Assembly (NCBI GenBank): GCA_002415345.1
Contig: DHXV01000001.1
Location: 248,907 to 312,906 of the forward strand
Length of the DNA stretch: 64,000 bases
Reading direction: 5' to 3'
Source: Patescibacteria group bacterium UBA5147
GTDB taxonomy: Bacteria; Patescibacteriota; Saccharimonadia; UBA4664
This document shows, one piece after another, positions 57,341 to 64,000 of the stretch (position 1 is its first letter; every line of letters starts with the position of its first letter). The position numbers were made by a program, and so were the translations under genes. The notes under the pieces are model-generated. The model saw only the letters and a program-made list of their open reading frames with translations. It made no database searches and had not been told where the DNA came from.

Positions 57341-59497
57341 ATGAGAATCACCCGCACCCTATCCACCCTTATAGCCGGCCTCGGCATCGTAGCTTCAACC
57401 CTGGTCTTTGCCGGTAATGCCAGCGCCATAACCGGCGCCGATTTCCAAGCGGGGCGCATCATAGACGACGGAGTCTTTTTTGACGGATACGCCATGAGCG
57501 CTCAGCAAATCCAGTCGTTTCTCTTTACCCAGGTTCCAACGTGTGACACCAATGGCACTCAAATTTTTATTGGGTATTACAACGGAACAGATACAAGCGT
57601 CACGCCGAATGTAAATCACTCCAAGTTCGCAGGCGGCCATACCTATACGCTTAGTGACAATGTCAAACGCAGCGATCTTGATAACCGCTACCCTGCTCCT
57701 TATACCTGCCTCAAGGACTATGTCGAAAACCCCACCACCCACGAAAACAACATCGGCCGCCCAACCTATGTTGTTCCCGGGGGTATGTCCGCTGCCAGCA
57801 TCATCGCGTCCTCGGCTCAAGCCTACAACATCAGCCCCAAGGTCTTACTGACGCTGATTCAAAAGGAATCCATCGGTCCCCTGACCACCGATGACTGGCC
57901 CTGGCCAAATGAGTACGTCCATCCGACTGGTTTCGCCTGCCCCGACACTGCAGCCTGCGATAGTACGTACAATGGCTTCTACAACCAAGTCAACAGTTCC
58001 GCTGCACAATTCCGCAAATATACCAACAACCCAACAAGTTATAACTATCGAATCGGCACTAACCAGATCCTATATAGCCCCGTTACTACAACCTGCCCTA
58101 ATCCGACGCGCGCGACAGTCAATATCGTCAACCAGGCGACCGCCGACCTCTACATTTACACTCCATACACCCCTAACCAGGCTGCGCTCGACAATCTTTA
58201 CGGTACGGGCGACGGTTGTAGTGCTTATGGTAATCGCAATTTTTGGCGAATTTACAATGATTGGTTCGGGAGCACATTAATTCCAAACTACGCCTGGAGC
58301 ATACAGAATATAAGCGTTAATGCTGACTTAGGAAATATGCTGCCCGGGCAGACGGCTACCTTTACCTATACCCTGATGAACACTGGTTCATCTACTTGGT
58401 CGCGGGATGGTTCCAATCCAGTGCGACTAGGAACCGCCAATCCTCAAGATCGCAACAGTGTATTCTGCAACTCCACTTGGCTTGGCTGCAACCGACCGGC
58501 AAGCATGCTCGAAGCAAGCGTACCCACAGGCAGCACCGGAACCTTCAGCTTTATAATCAAAGCCCCCTCCCAGACAGGCGAATATCGCGAGTACTTCAAG
58601 CCCGTGGTCGAAGGGCTAACGTGGTTCCCTGACAGTACCAACAACGTTTACATCAAAGTGGTTCCACCAGTTTATTCCTACAGCGTCAAAGGTCAGGGCG
58701 CCTTCACTGATTCCACTAAGACGACTCCTCTGGACTCTTCGCAATTAAGCCCTGGGCAGTCAGGCTGGTATACCTTAAAAATCACCAACACCGGCAACGT
58801 GGCGTGGTCGAACTCAGGAGCCAATCCTATGGATCTTGGTACCGATGGCGCCCGTGACAGGTCAAGTCGTTTTGCTGGGAGTGGCTGGTTAGGTCCTAAC
58901 CGCCCTGCCAGGCTTATTGAAAGCATCGTTCTGCCAGGACAAGATGGTACGTTTGAATGGTCATTCGTAACTCCTGCAGCCAACGGTATATCACGTGAAT
59001 ACTTCACTCCCGTTATTGAAGGTGTTACATGGCTCAACGCCACAGGACTCAACTACTACGCTCTCTTGAACGGGGCCTATTCATGGTCGCTGGCTGGCCA
59101 GTATGCCTATACCGATAGTTCAATGCTTACGTCCATTGATTTGGCCAACCTCCGATCCGGCCAACGAGTTTATGTGGGGATACGCGCAAAGAACACCGGC
59201 ACGGCAACATGGTATTCGGAAGGCATTTATCCTATGCATCTTGGTACTACACACTTCATAGACAGGCTAAGCCCGTTCTGTGACGCCTCATGGATTGGGT
59301 GCAACCGTCCGGCTAGCTTGAAAAATGCTTCAGATGCGTCCAAAACATCAGTTGCACCCGGTGAAACCGCCGACTTCGGATTCTGGTATAAAGCCCCGAC
59401 TAAAACCGGGACATACTACGAATATTTTAACCCCGTTGCGGAAAACATCACTTGGTTAAATGACTTGGGAGTAAATCACTATACTGTGGTTAAATAG
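57341..59497 (+). CDS. Secreted multi-domain protein: signal peptide, ~270-aa Cys-containing N-terminal domain, then ~3 copies of a ~110-aa repeat (W-x-GxNP-x-LGT...DR-x-S-x-F...WLGCNRPA...GTF-F...Y-EYF-PV-EG-TWL)
   Basis: 718 aa. Signal peptide MRITRTLSTLIAGLGIVASTLVFAGNASA. The repeats are shared with the downstream paralog. Confidence 0.6.
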   Translation: MRITRTLSTLIAGLGIVASTLVFAGNASAITGADFQAGRIIDDGVFFDGYAMSAQQIQSFLFTQVPTCDTNGTQIFIGYYNGTDTSVTPNVNHSKFAGGHTYTLSDNVKRSDLDNRYPAPYTCLKDYVENPTTHENNIGRPTYVVPGGMSAASIIASSAQAYNISPKVLLTLIQKESIGPLTTDDWPWPNEYVHPTGFACPDTAACDSTYNGFYNQVNSSAAQFRKYTNNPTSYNYRIGTNQILYSPVTTTCPNPTRATVNIVNQATADLYIYTPYTPNQAALDNLYGTGDGCSAYGNRNFWRIYNDWFGSTLIPNYAWSIQNISVNADLGNMLPGQTATFTYTLMNTGSSTWSRDGSNPVRLGTANPQDRNSVFCNSTWLGCNRPASMLEASVPTGSTGTFSFIIKAPSQTGEYREYFKPVVEGLTWFPDSTNNVYIKVVPPVYSYSVKGQGAFTDSTKTTPLDSSQLSPGQSGWYTLKITNTGNVAWSNSGANPMDLGTDGARDRSSRFAGSGWLGPNRPARLIESIVLPGQDGTFEWSFVTPAANGISREYFTPVIEGVTWLNATGLNYYALLNGAYSWSLAGQYAYTDSSMLTSIDLANLRSGQRVYVGIRAKNTGTATWYSEGIYPMHLGTTHFIDRLSPFCDASWIGCNRPASLKNASDASKTSVAPGETADFGFWYKAPTKTGTYYEYFNPVAENITWLNDLGVNHYTVVK

Positions 59498-59503
59498 CTG
59501 TTT

Positions 59504-62341
59504 ATGAGCACTCTGGGTTCTAGGAAATACACAAAATTAGTAGCGGCGCTTACCCTAGTTACCACAGTTACGAGTGTATTACTATCTTTGTATTATTCGG
59601 CTACTTCAACTATAAAATCAGAGACGATTCCCGTTCAAGGAAACTTAATAACTGCCCCCGCCGTCATTACATTGAAGCCGCAAGAGAATCGCACCCGCTT
59701 CTCATCACAAACATTTAAGGCCAAGTACCAATACAACGCTATTGCTCCTCACTGGAAGGAGTCTGGAGCCAGCGATGATAACCGCACCGTTTCGGTTCGC
59801 ACTTCACTCAACGGGCTTGAATGGAGTGAGTGGGCGAAAGTTGAAGCTATGCGGCCGCAAAAAGATGGAGCACCGCACTCGGACGAAGTCTTTCCGGAAG
59901 CCCCAATTATTACGTTGGGCAACTATTTCCAATATCGCGTAGATCTATCGCGCCCCGGTTCAACAACTCCGGCCGTCCGCGACATGACCATAACTTATAT
60001 CGATTCCCGCCCTACAACTGCTCAAAAAATCAGCTCGGCGCTTTATTCATTCTTTGCTCCTTCGGTAACTGCGTCCGGAACCGTTCCTAGGATCATTTCC
60101 CGTGCCGACTGGGGTAGCCCCGACCCGACTGGTAACGCCTTCCATGGCACGGACCAATATTGGACGCCTCAATACCACCCTGTCGGACAAGTATTCATAC
60201 ATCACACCGTTGATTCCAACTATAAATCACAGACCGACGGCGCCTCATTGGTGCGGGCAGTATGGCAATACCACACCTACACCCTGGGTTGGGGTGACAT
60301 TGGCTACAACTATCTGGTAGACGAGAGCGGTAATGTGTACCAGGGACGTGCCCATGGCGACAACATAGACGGCGGCCATGTCTATGGCTACAACTCTGGA
60401 TCGATGGGCGTAGCGCTGCTTGGATGCTTCCAGCCAAACGACTCAACGTGCGCGCAGCTAAACAACTACTCCACCGCTGGTCCCTCCAGCCCAATGCTGA
60501 CTGGCCTGACGGACTTGCTGGCATACAAATTAACAAGCTATGAAATTGATCCCGAGGCACAGCATACCTTCTGTAAGGGCGATGGCTCTGCATGCCTCAA
60601 CCTCAACACGATTAGCGGCCACCGCGACGCCTACCCAACATCCTGCCCGGGCGATTTGGCCTACGCCGACCTTCAATACGTTCGCGACACTACTGCGGCT
60701 AAAAAGGAGCAGGGTTTTCGTTACTCAGCTAAACAGACCACATTTCCTGAAACCTCTCTCGGCGACAAGACAGAGTCGACTATAACCCTGAGTTATAAAA
60801 ACACCGGGACCGCCACATGGTTCAGCCCCATTAGCGGGCAGCCGAATCCTGTTGTCCTTGGTACAGGAAATGTTACTGACCACGTTTCTGTGTTTCAGGG
60901 CACTGGCTGGCCATCAAATACGCGCGCAGCTTTCCTGAACGAGCTAAGTGTAGTTCCGGGAGCCATTGGGACATTCACTTTTAATATCAAAAATCCTCTG
61001 GGTTATTACGGGAAATATTATGAATATTTTCGACCGCTGGCTGAAGGTTTGACCGACTTCTCATCATTCACAGGTGTACCTATTCTGACACGTAGCCTAT
61101 CTTACGATATAACCTCACAAGAGGCGTACACCAACAGCAGTAAAGCAACGCCGCTTAATATGGACAGCTTATCGCCGGGGCAGAGTGGGTGGCTCGTACT
61201 CAAGATTAAGAACACAGGCAATACTACCTGGAATAGAGACGGCATTAATCCTATTCATCTTGGCACCGACGTAACCCAAGATAATGCAAGCCCATTCTGT
61301 GCCGTCGGATGGCTGGGCTGCAATAGGCCGGCGAAGCTTATCGAAGCGACCGTAACCCCCGGCCAAACTGGAACATTTGAGTGGCCAATTACTGTCCCAA
61401 ATATCTCAGGAGTTTATCGCGAATATGTTACACCAGTTATGGAGGGAGTGGGATGGCTTAACTCAACTGGCCTAAACTTCTATATGAACATAAACCACGG
61501 ATACACCTGGTCGTCTGCCGGCCAGTATGCCTACTCCGACAGCACCAAGACGACTAGCGTCGACCTACTCTCGCTTTCTCCTGGACAGAAAGTGTATGTT
61601 GGCTTACTAGCAAGGAATACTGGCGATACTATATGGTATCGAGACGGTTTATACCCAGTGCATCTTGGAACAACTCATAATATAGACAGAAGCAGTAGTT
61701 TCTGTGACACGACTTGGCAAAGCTGCAATCGACCGGCCCAACTAGTAAATGCATCAGACACAACAAAAACTAGTGTTTCACCGGGCGAAATGGCGGATTT
61801 TGGATTTTGGTACGTAGCGCCAGGACCGGGAACTTACTATGAATATTTCAATCCTGTCGTCGAAAATATTACCTGGATGAACGATCCAGGGGTTAATCAT
61901 TACACCCATGTAAACGGGGGGTACAATTGGGAGGTTGCTGGTCAATATGCCTATACGGACAACACCAAGAAGATAGGAGCGGACCTGACAAATCTATCGC
62001 GTGGCCAGCGTGTCTATGTCGGAATCCTCGCTAAAAACACGGGCGACACTGTTTGGTACCAAAATGGGCGTTACCCGGTTAATCTCGGTACATCTTCACC
62101 TTTAGACCGCTCCAGCAGGTTCTGTGAAAGCACTTGGCTTGGGTGCAATAGACCCGTGGCCATGAAAAATTCAGTAGATTACTCAAAAATATCAGTTAGA
62201 CCGGGCGAAATAGCTGAATTTGGATACTGGTATACCGCCCCTCAAGAAATCGGCACATACTTTGAAGGATTTACTCCGGTTGCCGAGAACCTTGGATGGC
62301 TCAAAGATATTGGAGTAAACCACTATTCAGTAGTTAAATAG
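59504..62341 (+). CDS. Membrane-anchored cell-wall hydrolase: N-acetylmuramoyl-L-alanine amidase (Amidase_2/PGRP) domain followed by ~5 copies of the same ~110-aa repeat
   Basis: Amidase_2 motifs (HHTVDSNY...GWGDIGYNYLVDESGNVYQGR...GGHVYGYNSGSMGVALLG...ISGHRDAYPTSCPGD). N-terminal TM. 945 aa. Lower GC (~45%). Confidence 0.65.
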   Translation: MSTLGSRKYTKLVAALTLVTTVTSVLLSLYYSATSTIKSETIPVQGNLITAPAVITLKPQENRTRFSSQTFKAKYQYNAIAPHWKESGASDDNRTVSVRTSLNGLEWSEWAKVEAMRPQKDGAPHSDEVFPEAPIITLGNYFQYRVDLSRPGSTTPAVRDMTITYIDSRPTTAQKISSALYSFFAPSVTASGTVPRIISRADWGSPDPTGNAFHGTDQYWTPQYHPVGQVFIHHTVDSNYKSQTDGASLVRAVWQYHTYTLGWGDIGYNYLVDESGNVYQGRAHGDNIDGGHVYGYNSGSMGVALLGCFQPNDSTCAQLNNYSTAGPSSPMLTGLTDLLAYKLTSYEIDPEAQHTFCKGDGSACLNLNTISGHRDAYPTSCPGDLAYADLQYVRDTTAAKKEQGFRYSAKQTTFPETSLGDKTESTITLSYKNTGTATWFSPISGQPNPVVLGTGNVTDHVSVFQGTGWPSNTRAAFLNELSVVPGAIGTFTFNIKNPLGYYGKYYEYFRPLAEGLTDFSSFTGVPILTRSLSYDITSQEAYTNSSKATPLNMDSLSPGQSGWLVLKIKNTGNTTWNRDGINPIHLGTDVTQDNASPFCAVGWLGCNRPAKLIEATVTPGQTGTFEWPITVPNISGVYREYVTPVMEGVGWLNSTGLNFYMNINHGYTWSSAGQYAYSDSTKTTSVDLLSLSPGQKVYVGLLARNTGDTIWYRDGLYPVHLGTTHNIDRSSSFCDTTWQSCNRPAQLVNASDTTKTSVSPGEMADFGFWYVAPGPGTYYEYFNPVVENITWMNDPGVNHYTHVNGGYNWEVAGQYAYTDNTKKIGADLTNLSRGQRVYVGILAKNTGDTVWYQNGRYPVNLGTSSPLDRSSRFCESTWLGCNRPVAMKNSVDYSKISVRPGEIAEFGYWYTAPQEIGTYFEGFTPVAENLGWLKDIGVNHYSVVK

Positions 62342-62393
62342 GCTTTCATCAGATAGCGCACAAACTGCCTATGCCTTATAATATTACAATGAC

Positions 62394-63641
62394 GTGTCGT
62401 GCTTCATGGAAAAACTAAAGCACTTGGATGGACTCCGCGGCCTTGCTTCGCTTATCGTGGTCATTCATCACTATGCATGTGCATTTTTACCCGCAATTGT
62501 CTTCGGATCGCAAGCGGTTAGGCATTTTCCGTTCGAGGTGTATCTTTATAGCACACCTCTTTCGCTATTTTTTAATGGCAATTTCGCCGTGACGGTATTC
62601 TTTGCTCTGAGTGGCTTCGTACTGACATACCGATTCTTTCTAAAGCAAGATCACGAAATTCTAGTTCGTAGTGCTGCAAAACGATATTTCCGATTAATGC
62701 CCCCAGCAGCAGTTTCGATACTAGCGGCCTATATTATCCTGAAGACGGGAAATTTTTATAACCTTCAGATTGTTACATCTACGCACTCGTCAATGTGGAT
62801 GGCCGATATCTGGAATTTTACCGCAAGCGCAAAAGAAGCAGCAAAACAGGCACTTTACGGGGTGTTTATATCCGAAAATCATACATATAACACCAATTTA
62901 TGGACAATGAAATATGAGTTCATGGGTTCCTTCATGGTTTTTGGAATCGCTAGCTTATTCGGCAAGATGCAACGTAGGTACTTGGTATATGCGGTTCTCT
63001 GCCTTGTTTTCATAAAATCATACTACTTAAGTTTTGTCCTAGGCATGGCAGTAGCTGATATTTGGGTCACAATGCGCGACAATGAGCGTTTCAACCGAAT
63101 CGCATCAAGTATCGCCCCCTTAAGCATGCTGTTAGGTTTACTGGTGGGTAGCTATCCATTGCGGAACACTTCGGACACTGTTTTTTCTGCGCTCTCACTC
63201 ATCCCCCTACTTACCCATGACGAGCTTTTTGTTTTCTGGCACAACCTCGGAGCAGTTCTCTTAGTTGCAGGTTTTCTTTACAGCTATAGGGCACGGCACA
63301 TCTTCTCAAGCCGAATCTTTGCTATGCTTGGTAAGCACTCATTCTCTCTCTATCTGGTACACCTTATCGTTATTGGTTCGTTTTCTAGTTACCTGTTCAT
63401 TGCGCTTTCCACGCAATTCGGATATCTGACTAGTTTGATTCTAATGTTCATTATTTCCATGGTTCTCATTTTTGCCATTTCAATTCTTTACACCCGATAT
63501 GTCGATGAGCCTTCCACATTGCTCGCTTCCAGAATTGGTAACTTTGTTGTGCGGAAATCTAATTCCAGCCCAAATAAAGCACAGACGGTCACGGCAATTC
63601 CTCAACAACTAAAGTCTACCCCCTCAGTAGTACAACAATAG
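62394..63641 (+). CDS. Acyltransferase family 3 (OafA/OatA-like O-acyltransferase) membrane protein
   Basis: N-terminal LDGLRGLASLIVVIHH motif. ~10 TM helices. 415 aa. AT-rich. Confidence 0.7.
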   Translation: MSCFMEKLKHLDGLRGLASLIVVIHHYACAFLPAIVFGSQAVRHFPFEVYLYSTPLSLFFNGNFAVTVFFALSGFVLTYRFFLKQDHEILVRSAAKRYFRLMPPAAVSILAAYIILKTGNFYNLQIVTSTHSSMWMADIWNFTASAKEAAKQALYGVFISENHTYNTNLWTMKYEFMGSFMVFGIASLFGKMQRRYLVYAVLCLVFIKSYYLSFVLGMAVADIWVTMRDNERFNRIASSIAPLSMLLGLLVGSYPLRNTSDTVFSALSLIPLLTHDELFVFWHNLGAVLLVAGFLYSYRARHIFSSRIFAMLGKHSFSLYLVHLIVIGSFSSYLFIALSTQFGYLTSLILMFIISMVLIFAISILYTRYVDEPSTLLASRIGNFVVRKSNSSPNKAQTVTAIPQQLKSTPSVVQQ

Positions 63642-63650
63642 GACTCAAAG

Positions 63651-64000
63651 AATGAACATTAACAAACAATTCAAAAATGTATTAAAACTAGCCAACACCA
63701 GAACCGCGCGATCGTCGCTCATTATTTTCGCAGCAAGTATTTTTGCAGCTCTACTATCGTTCGTGGTAGCGTACTTCGCATCCCGACTGCTTGGTCCGTC
63801 TGATTACGGTCGCCTGGCAATTGCCAACGCAATTATTGCAATAGTTGTTGGGGTTACAGACTTCGGTCTAGCCACAACCCTTGTCAAACACACCTCACAT
63901 CGCCTCGAAGACAGGCTGAAAACGGCTCCTTTTTTCCAAACAGTATTCTGCATAGAGCTGGCGTTAGGTCTACTCATCTTAATTGCATGCCTGTTCACCA
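63651..64000 (+). CDS. Partial (5' end) polysaccharide-biosynthesis/flippase-like membrane protein, runs off the window
   Basis: ATG at 63651 (MNINKQFKNVLKLANTRTARSSLIIFAASIFAALLSFVVAYFASRLLGPSDYGRLAIANAIIAIVVGV...). Wzx/MOP-like N-terminus. No stop codon within the window. Confidence 0.4.

Overview
This 64 kb window is bacterial chromosome with a GC-rich (~58-60%) backbone, small mostly single-domain genes and many 4-nt start/stop overlaps. Backbone content, in order:
- Zur-like Fur regulator and a ZIP zinc transporter.
- DsbA/DsbB-type (BdbD/BdbC) thiol-disulfide pair.
- ABC-2 exporter.
- F1Fo ATP synthase genes atpF-H-A-G-D-C. No a or c subunit genes lie in cis. An unknown membrane-anchored gene is translationally coupled where atpE would normally sit.
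- An NAD salvage and regulation locus: nadE, an NrtR-like Nudix regulator, pncB, NAD kinase, and an unusual 531-aa fusion protein.
- A translationally coupled minus-strand operon encoding a PP2C phosphatase, a Ser/Thr kinase, a long-type nicotinamidase (PncA-like) and a vWA (TerY-like) protein. This is a TerY-P-type signalling triad with an NAD-salvage enzyme embedded in it.
- A 22-24 bp palindrome (TTAGTGTAT-N5/6-ACACTAWTAA) sits in the promoters of nadE, pncB and this kinase operon, consistent with a shared NrtR-type regulon.
- A PQQ sugar dehydrogenase.
- A copper cluster (CopA, CopZ, two cupredoxin modules).
- A GH13-like enzyme.
- A Fur-family regulator with rhodanese, NrdH glutaredoxin and a DUF2892 membrane protein.
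- An ECF sigma factor with a candidate anti-sigma factor.
- A lower-GC (~43-50%) array of at least 8 single-gene minus-strand cassettes (42.5-47.5 kb): GNATs, a Nudix hydrolase, an NTF2-like protein, a DUF1059 protein, a coiled-coil protein plus a small partner, and others. Each cassette is followed by a copy of one direct repeat. The 5' part of that repeat is identical to the last 9 nt and the 3' flank of the adjacent tRNA-Asn(GUU) gene.
- uppP, cfa, lexA, vanW, an esterase, and mannose-1-P guanylyltransferase with a separate cupin domain.
- A lower-GC cell-envelope block: two paralogous secreted proteins (one with an Amidase_2/PGRP domain) that share a novel ~110-aa tandem repeat, an acyltransferase-3 protein and a partial flippase-like gene.

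No CRISPR array, rRNA, transposase or integrase was found.

Caveats: many track ORFs begin at TTG/GTG, so true starts may lie a few codons inside. Long antisense ORFs inside GC-rich genes are treated as artefacts.
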